A stretch of DNA of 64,000 nucleotides, taken from assembly GCF_006345805.1 (NCBI RefSeq), contig NC_043015.1, forward strand, positions 16,554,001 through 16,618,000, in the 5' to 3' direction. Each line of letters starts with the position of its first letter. The first letter of the stretch is position 1. Of this stretch, positions 24,948-36,835 are shown piece after piece. The notes below the pieces were generated by a model that saw only the letters and a list, made by a program, of their open reading frames with translations, was not told the origin of the DNA and ran no database searches. The position numbers were made by a program, and so were the translations under genes. The stretch comes from Octopus sinensis (lineage: Eukaryota).

Positions 24948-25759
24948 CAATATTGATTTTTCAAAGAAGCACAGTAACGTTTATTTTTGTGGGTTTATTC
25001 TGGTAGATTCACCCCAATTTATAGTATTTTGCATATTATTTAAGTTACCTATTTATATTAAATATGATGTATACATATTACTTTTTATATTTGGATTCAG
25101 AAGTATAAGACATTAAATTGAATTCAAAACAAACATGGACAAAAGCATATACTATGATACATTTAATCTAACCTGCACGCCTTTATTCAGAGGTGGAATC
25201 TTGATTTTAGCTTTGAATACATTATAATCTGCTCTACTTCATCATATTGAGTCCTTTTTTTCATTTAATTGTATACCCATTCTTATAGTTATTTATGCAT
25301 TTTATGCACACGCACACATTACTTTTTAATGTTATCTCTTCAGATTTTCTATAGAAATTAGAGCCACCACTGATTTGTTATGGCGTCTCATACATGAAAA
25401 CATCTAATGTAAACAATGTGATCAAAGACAGGAAAATAGATAATGAGCATATATGCACTTTTCAGTTCTTGCTCCTTCTTCAGCACCACATCCAACCTAT
25501 TAACCATCCACAAGCACATTGCTTAAAAAACCATCAAAAATAGCAGTATAACATTAATGAATATACCAATGCAACTATATTTAATGAATACAGGAATTAT
25601 ATGTGAGTTCCTTCAAGTTTCATGTTTTGATAGTGCAGTAATCAAATGGGCATGCATAGTGTAGTGTACACGATCTGGCCACATTCAGACTGAAATGACA
25701 TAGCTACTCCATGAGAAAATGCAAAAAAAAAACAAACAAAAATGAGAAAAAAATTATAT

Positions 25760-26790
25760 TGGTTTATACCAAGATGATGGATTAAGAATACCCCATGGCT
25801 GTGATTGCAATACTCTAGATACGTTTTGGAAAAACCTCATATCCATCTTTAGCAGTATAGGTCTCAAAATCACAGTAGCTAAAACCTCACTAAAGTTGAT
25901 TCAGATGTTTTCCTGAGCCTTGAATTAAACACTTACAAGTTCTACCATAAGCCAAATTATAAATTTAGGTATATACACAAACAGTCTTGCCACCCTACTA
26001 TTATTTTTAAAAGCCTTATAGCTAACATTAGTAATATTATCTCTCACCTCTCTTTCTCTAAAAAAAATTTTGGTAAGGCAGTCCCTACAATAATAGTGCC
26101 CTGGTCAACTGTGGCTTTGAAGGGAAGATATACACTCTGAGCCAAACTTGAACCTAGCCTAAAAGTTGACCTAGATAATTTATATGGTTTGCTCCTGCTT
26201 TCTCCTTGAATTTTAGGGCTAATGTAGGTAAAAAAAAAAATTCCTAGTCTTGCTAGATACACCTGATAGCCATAGTTGTAAAAAACTCATCAATAGACTT
26301 CCAATGAAAGTTTCCTACAACTGTTACTCTGATATGTAAAACATAATCTTATGTAGGCCAACCAAGATGCCCACTCCAACTCCACATACTTTCCCACTAG
26401 ACCAGGGGTTGCATGGTTGCATCAGTTGTCTACAAAGTTGCCAAATAAGGGAACTGAAAGATAAAAGGTTTCTTGGACTGCAAAGTCACTTCAAAAAGAG
26501 ATAAGCATTCCACCATTCTTCTCTCAAACACATACACAAAAAAACAAAGAACAAAGCCAGCAAGCCATATGTAGAACCTGAAGGACCGCAATACTCATCA
26601 AGTGGAACATCAAAGAAAGATCTAGACTAAACATTAAGGAATCAAAATAGTGACAAGCTCTGTATAATTAAAACAACACACATCCTTATTAGATTTAAGA
26701 ACTGCACTGACCTAAACTCAAGATCAGAGATTTCAACAAGATGTATCTATTTCAGCAAGTTTCTGTTATCTAGCTTCAAGATGCACCCCA
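25760..26790 (+). pseudogene. Old PLE (Naiad-like) RT + endonuclease relic
   Basis: GLYQDDG, GLKIT, YKFYHKPN...YIHKQSCHP, IWFAPAFS, NVGKKFL, MKVSYNC, KWNIK...CKLC, LNSRSEI...KFLLS across frameshifts. Confidence 0.8.
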
Positions 26791-27225
26791 CTCACTGCAT
26801 TAGACATCCAATTTCACCCACCATAGCCTTTGTCCACTTCAACTACCTCATCTAATTAGCATAGTATTTTTGAGATGTGAGCACTCAACATTAAAAATAG
26901 TCTTCATTTAACAGGTTAAAGAGAATTAACCTTCAACACCCATTCCCTTAAAACGTTTCATAATGTACTCACCTCACTTTTTACTTTTTATTTGGTACTG
27001 ATTTTTTTTCTTACATTTCCTTACTGAGTAGCCTAAACAATTGTGAGATTCTGTGCTGTGCACTACACAAGCCCATCTGACTACAGCATTATCCTACTAC
27101 AAAACAAGAAGCAGCTCATGTATAACCCCTCCAGTCATTACATGATATTTATCTCTCAAGGAATTGAGTACACTTTGGCTTATCTTACCAACAAACAAGC
27201 ATGTACATGAGTGTGTATGTGGGTA

Positions 27226-27260
<35 letters not shown>

Positions 27261-27267
<7 letters not shown>

Positions 27268-27478
27268 TAAATTAGAGACAAAACCAAACAATGAAAGACT
27301 TAAGCCAATACATATGATTAATTTATATTATTTAAATATGTAACAATTATTAAAAAATATAATTAATATCCACTACGATCGTTTCCTGCCTGCTATCTTT
27401 AAATTTTTGAGTCGCAGTCATTCATCAGGTGGTTTCAAAACTTTTCTTGGCGAGTTTTTGTCTCTAATTTAATATAAT
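27261..27478 (-). mobile_element. 218-bp non-coding hammerhead element with 23-bp terminal inverted repeat, inserted in (TA)n
   Basis: ATTATATTAAATTAGAGACAAAA at 27261-27283 and its reverse complement at 27456-27478; related pieces at 38968-39136 and ~29380-29575. Confidence 0.75.
27370..27432 (-). ncRNA. Minimal type-I hammerhead ribozyme
   Basis: CCAC CTGATGA a TGACTGC...GCAGGCA g GAAA C GATC G T A GTGG; palindromic stem III ACGATCGT, GUA triplet. Confidence 0.8.
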
Positions 27479-27555
27479 ATAGTATTTTACTATAAAATTG
27501 GATTCAATCCTAACTCTGATTTTTCCCTGTAAGTTTGGATTTATTCCCTAATATT

Positions 27556-27605
<50 letters not shown>

Positions 27606-27724
27606 TATATATTATATATATATATACACACATATATATATACATATATATATATATACATTATATATATGTATATACATATATATATGCATATACATAT
27701 GTATATATATATATATATATATAT

Positions 27725-28454
27725 AGCAAAATTAAGGAACGGCCATAATAGGCCATTCAACCCACTAGAAATAACAGCCAAGGCTTCAACCGCAAAACAA
27801 TATTAATTCCGTAAACCAGGAGAAAATTTAAAAAACATTTACCCTGTAATACTTTATACAATGCATCGTTTCGTCTATTCTTTAATGGTAAATCAACCTG
27901 ATTAAATTAAATCAAGCTAATCTTCCATAGGCCAGTAGATTCATCAGTAAAGTCAGCCAGATCGGGGCAGATATTTTCACGAGGCAGTTCCACTACTGTC
28001 TCGGCAATATCTGACCTAAAATTTTCAAATCATCGCACTCGCGCCAAATTTATCGGCAGCAAATATAAGCTGCCGATTCTATTACGGAATTAAACAGAAA
28101 ATTCATAATTAATTAATATAGGGTGGCAAAAAATTTCGCAGAATTTTTTTGCCACCAGCGGCCTAGTGGGAAAAAAGTAAATAGTCATAGACCATTTATA
28201 AATTCAACAGCAAAATTAAGGAACGGCCATAATAGGCCATTCAACCCACTAGAATTTTAAATTTTCTCCTGGTTTACGGAATTAATATTGTTTTGCGGTT
28301 GAAGCCTTGGCTGTTATTTCTAGTGGGTTGAATGGCCTATTATGGCCATTCCTTAATTTTGCTGTTGAATTTATAAATGGTCTATGACTATTTACTTTTT
28401 TCCCACTAGGCCGCTGTGGCAAAAAAATTCTGCGAAATTTTTTGCGACCCTATA

Positions 28455-28460
<6 letters not shown>
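27725..28460 (-). mobile_element. Retrozyme/pLTR-like non-coding element: 484-bp period partial tandem plus inverted 5' segment
   Basis: agcaaaattaaggaacggcc at 27725 and 28209 (direct); 28255-28460 is an inverted copy; flanked by (TA)n on both sides. Confidence 0.85.
27851..27953 (-). ncRNA. Type-I hammerhead ribozyme with long stem II
   Basis: ACTTTA CTGATGA aTCTA...TAGAc GAAA C GATGCATT G T A TAAAGT; 6-bp stem I, near-palindromic stem III, extended pairing in stem II (CTTGATT/AATCAGG etc.). Confidence 0.85.
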
Positions 28461-28537
<77 letters not shown>

Positions 28538-28538
<1 letters not shown>

Positions 28539-30810
28539 CTCTATATATAAAACTGAAATGCGTTTTTACCGCTTGGATCGCTTTCAATACCACTACATCT
28601 CGTCCGATTCACTCCAAAATTTACAGGGACATGTAAAATGAGGTGACGATGCCCGTGGGCTACCTTAGAAATCCCTGTCTTAAAAGGTGTCGTTTCTAGG
28701 GGCCAAAAACCCACTTTGACAAGTCCACTCCCGTTCTTTTACGTATATGTCTTCCTCACTCACTCACACTATTTCCTCCATTCCCCTCTAACTCCTTCAG
28801 TTTCCCTTTATAAGTTCGTCAGACGGCGTTCTTTTATGTATCTGTCTGCATTCATAGAGAGAATTATCATCACCACCAAGAACACACAATCATGAGAACA
28901 AATATTATGAATCAGATATTTCTTGCATTCATTTATATATATGTGTGTGTGTGTGTGCTCTCTATATAAATATGTATATATATATAATGTATATATACAA
29001 AGTGTATGTATCTGTATTTATGTATATTAAACTTTTTAATACTTTTTGATAGTTCCACTCCCGTTCTTTTACGTATATGTCTTCCTCACTTACTCACACT
29101 ATTTCCTCCATTCCCCTATAATTCCCCTTCAGTTTCCCTTTATAAGTTCGTCAGACAGCGTTCTTTTATGTATCTGTCTGCATTCATAGAGAGAATTATC
29201 ATCGCCACCAACAACACACAATCATGAGAACAAATATTATGAATCAGATATTTATTGCGTTCATTTATATATGTGTGTGTGTGTGTGTGTTCGATATATA
29301 AATATGTATATATAATGTATATGTACAAAGTGTATATATCTGTATTTATGTATGTTAAACTTTTTAATACTTTTTGATAGTTATATATATTTTTAAACAA
29401 ATTATAAATATAATTTGATAATTTTTATTTTAAATTTAAATAATTTAAATTTTATATTTTATATATTTTCTATATTATATTTTTATTTTTATGTTTTTGT
29501 TTTTGGTTTTTTTACTGTTTCATTTGCCTATTAGTGGTTTTATCTCTAATTTAATTTATACATATATATAATTTGTATATATAATGCATGCACACACACA
29601 CACACACATATATATATAATGTGTGCATTATGTGGTCGGTCGGTTGAGCTGAAAATATGCACACCTATGTTAAAAGTGCTCGCAAGTTTGCATGACAACT
29701 ATTTTTTTCCTCAAATGAAAGGCGTGAACTCTAGGACAAAATTCCTCATCTTATAAAATGTGGCCCCAGTAGACCCAAATGAAATCGGGTTATATTAACC
29801 AAAATGTGAAAAGGGGTCTAAATGGGGCTGGAAGGGGATTCAAATTTAAAGGAGCGGGTGTTTAGGAATTCTCTGTTACATCAAGCTAAAAAATTTGCGC
29901 CAGCCTTTTAATCGTCAATGTGTTGCCGTCCATGATGAAGAAGTTTTGAATGCTTGCCATGGTGAGTCTACTGTCATGAGAAAGAATCACTTCAAAACTT
30001 GGTGTTTACGAATTTTCTTTTATATCAAGTTCAAAATTTTACGCCAGCCGTTAAACTGTCAAAACGTTGCTGTCCGTCGTTAAGAAATGCCACCCATGGT
30101 GACTCTACTATCCTCACATTCTATCCCTTCAAACTTTGGTTTCCAATATTTTATTATTTTTATTCAGCTCGCATGTTCGTCTGTCCCTTTTAAATGTTAG
30201 TGTTTTGCTGTCTGCCTTGAAGCAGACCTTTCCGTTGCCACTGCCTGATATTTATGATTGATCTTTCTAAATATTTTATTTCTCAACTTACTCAAGATCT
30301 TTTGTTGTTTATAAATGGGAGAAAGATAGATAAAGATAGAGAGTAAGAGAAAGTGAGGGAGAGTCCGAGAGAAAAGAAAATTAAGAGTGTGGGAAAGTGA
30401 GAGAGAAAGGAGAGAGAAACAAAGAGGGAGAATCATCATCATCATCATCGATTAACATCCGTTTTCCGTGCTAGCACGGGTTGGACAGTTTGACCGGGGT
30501 CTGGGAAGCCAGGAGGCTGCACCAGGCTCCAGTCTGATCTGGCAGTGTTTCTACAGGTGGATGCCCTTCCTAACGCCAACCACTCTATGAGCGTAGTGGG
30601 TGCTTTTTTCATGCCGCCGGCACAGGTGCTAGGGGGGCTGGCAGCGGCCACGATCGGTTGGTGCTTTTTACGTGCCACCAGCACAGAAGCCAGTCAAGGC
30701 GGTGCTGCAATCGGCCACGTTCGGATGGTGCTTTTTATGTGCTGAAAGGAAGCAACAGAAAGTAACAACCACACTCTTACCCGCGCGTAGAGCGGGTCAC
30801 CTTCAGCTAG
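28538..30810 (+). mobile_element. Non-autonomous Helitron, copy 1
   Basis: A|TCTCTATATATAAAAC start; 3' hairpin ACCCGCGCGTAGAGCGGGT then CTAG; internal ~331-bp duplication (28724/29055) and an RTE-tail insertion at ~30437-30730. Confidence 0.9.
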
Positions 30811-32745
30811 TCTCTATATATAAAACTGAAATGCGTTTTTACCGCTTGGATCGCTTTCAAGGCCACTACATCCCGTCCGATTCACTCCAAAATTTACAGG
30901 GACATGTAAAATGAGGTGACGATGCCCGTGGGCTACCTTAGAAATCCCTATCTTAAAAAAGTGTCGTTGCTAGGGCCAAAAATCCACTTTGACAAGTCCA
31001 CTCCGGTTCTTTAATGTATCTGTCTTCCTCAACTCACTCTCGCTATTTCCTCTCTTCCCAGCACTTTTTCACTCACTCTATTTCATACATTCCCATTACT
31101 TTCACTTCCTCAAACGGCCTTCTTTTATGTATCTGTCTGTATTCATAGAGAGAATTATCATCACCACCGCCATCGCATTCTATTGTCTGCCTGTCAACGC
31201 GCCGACAGAGCAAATACACACAGAACACACCAACCAGCGTTCGTAGGTTTTTCGTATCTATTACATTTTAACATTTATTTAGAACCCTGCAAATTTTTCG
31301 TGCTAAATTTTCATTTTTTACTACTTTATTATTCTTTCTTAAATTGATGCTTTTATTAAAATTAATTCTAATTGTCTGGGTCAACAGTTAATTTCATCAG
31401 AGTTATATGGAAATTCCTATTACCCGTCAGAGAAATAACTCCAGCAGCTCATAACTATTTCAACAAAGACAAGGTTACCTGCTTACCAGTCGAATTCAGC
31501 GTCAACGCTCACGTATGAGAGACACTCCAACACACACACACACATATATACATATATATATATATATAATGTGTGCATTATGTGGTCGGTTGAGCTGAAA
31601 ATATGCACACCTATGTTAAAAGTGCTCGCAAGTTTGAATGACAACTATTTTTTTCCCTCAAATGAAAGGCGTGAACTCTAGGACAAAGTTCCTCATCTTA
31701 TAAAATGTGGTCCCAGTAGACCCAAATGAAATCGGGTTATATTAACCAAAATGTGAAAAGGGGTCTAAATGGGGCTGGAAGGGGATTCAAATTTAAAGGA
31801 GCGGGTGTTTAGGAATTCTCTGTTACATCAAGCTAAAAAATTTGCACCAGCCTTTTAATCGTCAATGTGTTGCCGTCCATGATGAAGAAGTTTTGAATGC
31901 TTGCCATGGTGAGTCTACTGTCATGAGAAAGAATCACTTCAAAACTTGGTGTTTACGAATTTTCTTTTACATCAAGTTCAAAATTTTACGCCAGCCGTTA
32001 AACTGTCAAAACGTTGCTGTCCGTCGTTAAGAAATGCCAGCCATGGTGACTCTACTATCCTCACATTCTATCCCTTCAAACTTTGGTTTCCAATATTTTA
32101 TTATTTTTATTCAGCTCGCAAATTCGTCTGTCCCTTTTAAATGTTAGTGTTTTGCTGTCTGCCTTGAAGCAGACCTTTCCATTGTTACTGCCTGATATTT
32201 ATGATTGATCTTTCTAAATATTTTATTTCTCAACTTACTCAAGATCTTTTGTTGTTTATAAATGGGAGAGAGATAAATAAAGATAGAGTAAGAGAAAGCG
32301 AGGGAGAGACCGAGAGAAAGGAAGAGTAAGAGAGTGGGGAAAGTGAGAGAGAAACAAAGAGGGAGAATCATCATCATCATCATCATCATCATCGATTAAC
32401 GTCCGTTTTCCGTGCTAACACAGGTTGGACAGTTTGACCGGGGTCTGGGAAGCCAGGAGGCTGCACCAGGCTCCAGTCTGATCTGGCAGTGTTTCTACAG
32501 GTGGATGCCCTTCCTAACGCCAACCACTCTATGAGCGTAGTGGGTGCTTTTTTTGTGCCGTCAGGACAGGTGCCAGGGGGGCTGGCAGCGGCCACGATCA
32601 GTTGGTGCTTTTTACGTGCCACCGGTACAGAAGCCAGTCAAGGCGGCGCTGCAATCGGCCACGTTCGGATGGTGCTTTTTACGTGCTGAAAGGAAGCAAC
32701 AGAAAGTAACAACCACACTCTTACCCACGCGTCACCTTCAGCTAG
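30811..32745 (+). mobile_element. Non-autonomous Helitron, copy 2, head-to-tail with copy 1
   Basis: Junction CTAG|TCTCTATATA; ends CAGCTAG|T; hairpin partly deleted; same RTE-tail insertion at ~32375-32690. Confidence 0.9.
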
Positions 32746-32753
32746 TATATATA

Positions 32754-32786
<33 letters not shown>

Positions 32787-33007
32787 ACGTTTGTCACTGT
32801 TATTTATGGCATATTTCATCTCAGTTACGTTTCTATGAATAAACAAGTGTATCTGAAGCATGTTTACTTCATGGCACCACCATAATCGTTCGTGCATTTC
32901 TACTGTTTTTAGTTTTTTTTTCCTGTTTTTCAGCTACTATTTTCGGAAAGACTTCTTTGCCCTTTACTCCTACCCATCCAATTTCTTCATTTTTCATTTT
33001 TTCCGTA

Positions 33008-33115
33008 ACTCTAACCCTAAAACCCTTACCCTAAAATCTTAACCCTAACCCTAGCCGTAAAACCCTAACCATAAAAACCCTAACCCTAGCCCTAAAACTT
33101 TAAAGCTAAAACCAG
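33008..33115. repeat. Degenerate interstitial (CCCTAA)n-like tract
   Basis: ctaaccctaaaacccttaccctaaaatcttaaccctaaccctagccgtaaaaccctaacc. Confidence 0.75.
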
Positions 33116-33404
33116 TACAAACTTTACTTTTCATCCTTCCATGCTCAATAAAATAAAGAACCAGTCAATTACTGGAATTGATTTAATTGAATAACCCCTT
33201 CCCACAAAATATCAGGCTTTGTGCTTATGTTAGAATCACTAATTTTTACTATTAAGAAAGAATCAAAAGTGACTTTGCATAAATGAAGCAGCATAACCAC
33301 AATGAAATTATTTTATCAAAATTCTGAAACAATTTCAAAGTCTCTGCTCACCATGATCCTCGCTGGTTGCTAACTGCAACTTTCCAAGTTTGTATTATGT
33401 ATTA

Positions 33405-33858
33405 TGTCAAGGCTGGCAAGAAGTGTTGATGCTTCCTAGGGCTAAATAGTGGTGGTGTGATTCCCTTCATGGGACTGTTACATTGAGTTGACGGTATACA
33501 ACTACTCTAATGTACAACCACTGCTTATATCTCTCTGAGATATTTAGAAATGTAATATTTCTATTTTTGTAATCAGTGGATTTATTTCACTAGAATTCTT
33601 ATATGTTTACAAGAGCTAGACAGGCATCTCCAGCTAGAAGGCCATGTTACTCCAGACTGATGACGAGCAAGGACTCAGAAACTAGTCTCTGAATGCAGGC
33701 TTAGCTGGGTGGGGGTGTTTATCTCCCCCTTGTAAACATAAGGACACAGGAAATGTGTCAAGGCCGGCAGGAAGTGTTGATGCTTCCTAGGGCTAAATAG
33801 CAGTGGTGTGATTCCCTTCATGGGACTGTCACATTAAGTTGACAGTATACAACTGCTC
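33405..33858 (+). mobile_element. Retrozyme/pLTR-like element: ~103-bp direct repeats, 351-bp period, central hammerhead
   Basis: tgtcaaggctggcaagaagtgttgatgcttcctaggg at 33405 and 33756; no ORF. Confidence 0.8.
33653..33691 (+). ncRNA. Minimal type-I hammerhead ribozyme
   Basis: CAGA CTGATGA c GAG caagga CTC a GAAA CTAG T C TCTG; palindromic stem III ACTAGT, GUC triplet (predicted cut after 33687). Confidence 0.8.
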
Positions 33859-33939
33859 CATTATGTTTCTGTTTTATGTATACAATTTCTAGTTAATGCA
33901 TATGCTATGTTATGCATGTAGTCATTTATAGTCTAAGAA

Positions 33940-34150
33940 AGACAGTTCTGCAATTTCTTGCTGAACAACCTGTACAAATGATTTGTTTATAGTGATCAAA
34001 TGTTTACGCTGTACATAAGCTTATTCCCTCCATCAAACTGATGTTGTCTGAACAGGTGCACGTGTGCCACACATCAAGTGCAACATGAGATGAAGTGTTT
34101 TATTCAACACCATGCACCACCTGGTCCAGGAATTGAAATCATTATCTTAC
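33940..34150 (-). mobile_element. Diverged tRNA-derived SINE
   Basis: Minus strand ttcaattcctggaccaggtggtgcatggtgttgaataaaacacttcatctc: B-box-like head plus a block also seen near 23835-23860. Confidence 0.55.
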
Positions 34151-34182
34151 AATCATATTAAATCATAGTATTAAATATGCAC

Positions 34183-34340
34183 AGGCATGGCTATATGGTT
34201 AAGAAGTTCATTTCTTAACCATATGGTTTTAGTTTCAACCTCACTGCACGGTACTTTGAGAAAGTGTCTTCCACTCTAAGTTCAGTTTGACCAAAGCCTC
34301 GTGAATGGATTCGGTAGACAGAAACTGAAGAAAGCCCATT
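34183..34340 (+). mobile_element. SINE family B head
   Basis: gcacaggcatggctatatggttaag...ccaaagcctcgtgaatggattcggtagacagaaactgaag. Confidence 0.75.
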
Positions 34341-34490
34341 GTGTGTGTGTGTGTGTGTTTGTGCGTGCATGAATGCATCTGCATATGCATACGCATATCT
34401 ATCTATTTTCTATTCTTAGCTATTTGAAATCTTCTTGGAAAGAGGGAGTTGGTTTCTGGTGAACATATAAAGAGCAATCATTAGAAAGTA

Positions 34491-35335
34491 CTGGGTTGGC
34501 AACTAAGTTCCTGCCGTTTTTTTAAATTTTGGAATTTATTGCGTTTTTAAATTTTGGAATCTATTTTTTCGAGAATTCTATTTTTGAATCATTTTGGAAT
34601 GTTAATTTTAGTTAATTTTTGTTTATTTTCAAATCATTAAAATGAAATGTCAAATTAAGAAAAACAAGCATTTTCGACACCTCCTTCTTTTGGTTTTTGA
34701 TCAAGATTCTAAGGCCGCAAAAGCTGTTTGCGACATTTGTGCTGTGTATGGAGAGAGTGCCATAGCTGAAAGAATGGCTCGTGATTGGTATGCCAACTTA
34801 AAAAATGGAAATTTTGACCTCAAAGACGCACCTCGTTCTGACCGTCCAGTTGAGTTCAATGAAGAGTGATTAAACCAACTTTTGCATGAAAATTCGCGTC
34901 AAATGACAAAGGAACTAGCAGAGAAAATGGAATGCTCCCACACTGCTATAGAGAAGCATCTTCACTCAATGGGAAAGGTTCAGAAGTATGAAGCATGGGT
35001 TCCACATGTTTTAAGTGACAACAAAAATCAACAAACCACAATATCCACTGGTTTGCTTGCTTGTCACCGCTCAACTCATGGACACAAGCAACGATTTCTT
35101 TACCGAATCGTTACTGGTGTCAAAAAATGGTGCCTGTACATCAATATGAAGCAGCATAAGGAATGGCTTAGCCCCAGTAAACAAGCGACACCGTCTGTGA
35201 AACAAGATCTTCATCCGCATAAAACGATGTTGTGCATATGGTGGGACTGGAAAGGGATTATCCATTACGAATTGCTTAAACAGAACCAAACGGTCAACAT
35301 GGAATGACTCAACATGGCTATTCAAGAAAAAAGAC
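34491..35335 (+). mobile_element. 3'-truncated mariner transposon
   Basis: TA|CTGGGTTGGCAACTAAGTTCC left TIR; transposase 34642-35307 with internal TGA, WVPHVL and IVTG(VK)KW motifs; no right TIR. Confidence 0.92.
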
Positions 35336-35659
35336 TTTTACTGTTCCATTTTCAGATTGTATTTGTAACGTGCAAATTGGCTTATATTCTTTTTTCTGAA
35401 AACCCTAGCTTATCCATATGATCACTTGGGCATTTACTCACAAAACTAAGTGTGCCAATTATTATTGGTATGAATGTGAAATTATAATCTGGATACAGAA
35501 TCAAGAAATTTCAAGGTAGTTGTCTGTAATTATCCTTTTCTTTGATTTTCACAGAGATATTCATGTCAACAGGAGCAATGAGCTCTATACTTTGTTTGTT
35601 TGTTTGCTTGAATGTATATATATATATATGTATGTATGTATGTATGCATATCTGTCTGT

Positions 35660-36145
35660 CAGTCAGTCATTAATCAGTTTATTTCAAGATTTTTTGCCAA
35701 TAGAGAAAGAACCAGTTTCTAACCTAGATCCAAGGCTCCTTCACTGGAATTTCAACATCAACAACAGGGTATTTTTGTTGTATGTATGTATTTGTGTGTG
35801 TGTGTGTGTGTATGCATGCATGCATTCATTCTCATGCATATACTTGCATATCTAGACATGCTCATATATATTTAAATGATAAACTCCTGGAAAGTTTTGC
35901 AATTTTTTACAGTTCCAGTGATGGATTGGATCTGTAGTCTTCAAATTAGCTTTCCAATTTCTGGTCCTGAGAAGCCCAATTTCTCGAGATTGGTATTTAG
36001 ACAGTGTGTTACACATCCCAGTGTATCAATAATTACAAGTATAAACTTGAACTTATAATCTAGATAGACTAACTGCAGATTTCTCAATAGTTCAGCATAG
36101 GTGTTCTCTTTTTCACTGATCTTCAGCTTTACGTTAACATCCGCT
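35660..36145 (-). mobile_element. RLE-type non-LTR retrotransposon 3' end
   Basis: CPADVNVKLKISEKENTYAELLRNLQLVYLDYKFKFILVIIDTLGCV...LGF...LQIQSITGTVKNCKTF then a 3' UTR; a second copy of the UTR is at 43545-43745. Confidence 0.75.
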
Positions 36146-36166
36146 GGGCAGCTATGTATGTATGTA

Positions 36167-36220
<54 letters not shown>

Positions 36221-36835
36221 CATGCATATATTCATATATGCATGCATGTATTCATATATGCATGCATGCTTGTTTGTGTGAGAAAATTCATATTTCCCTC
36301 ATGTTTGTTCACTTGTTATAAACAATTGCTTTTCCAATGGCATCATTTGTTTTCAGTTTTCCATGTAACCATGTCCAATTTATTTGTTGTTTGATAGACT
36401 GAAAGGTTATTATTACCTTGTTTGGAAACAAGTGAAGTTGGTAACAGGAAGAGCATCTGACAAAAAGTTTGCCTGACACATGCAAACATGGAAAAATATA
36501 CGTTAAAATGATGACGAGGACAATGATGATGATGACAGCATGCACTATACTATATATATATGCAATTTCTGTTTAATAAGTAATATCATTTTTTAATTAT
36601 TTCTGTCTTTATATAGTAAAGAAGTCACTGAATTGATTGATTGTAATAGTTAGAATGGACTGTCAACTGATGGTTCAAATCCACTAAAGAAATTAATAAT
36701 TGTCACTTGAAACAGGACATTTCATTATTCAGGCATCAGGAATTTCAGCCTGGTCTTCATAGCTAACTCTTAACCATTCAAGGAAATAAAATGCCAGACA
36801 ACTAATTTCTATTTTTCGTTTTTTATTAGTAAACT

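Noticed and set aside
36330-36415. Possible minus-strand exon SIKQQINWTWLHGKLKTNDAIGKAIVYN
   Set aside because: Weak donor and no independent support.
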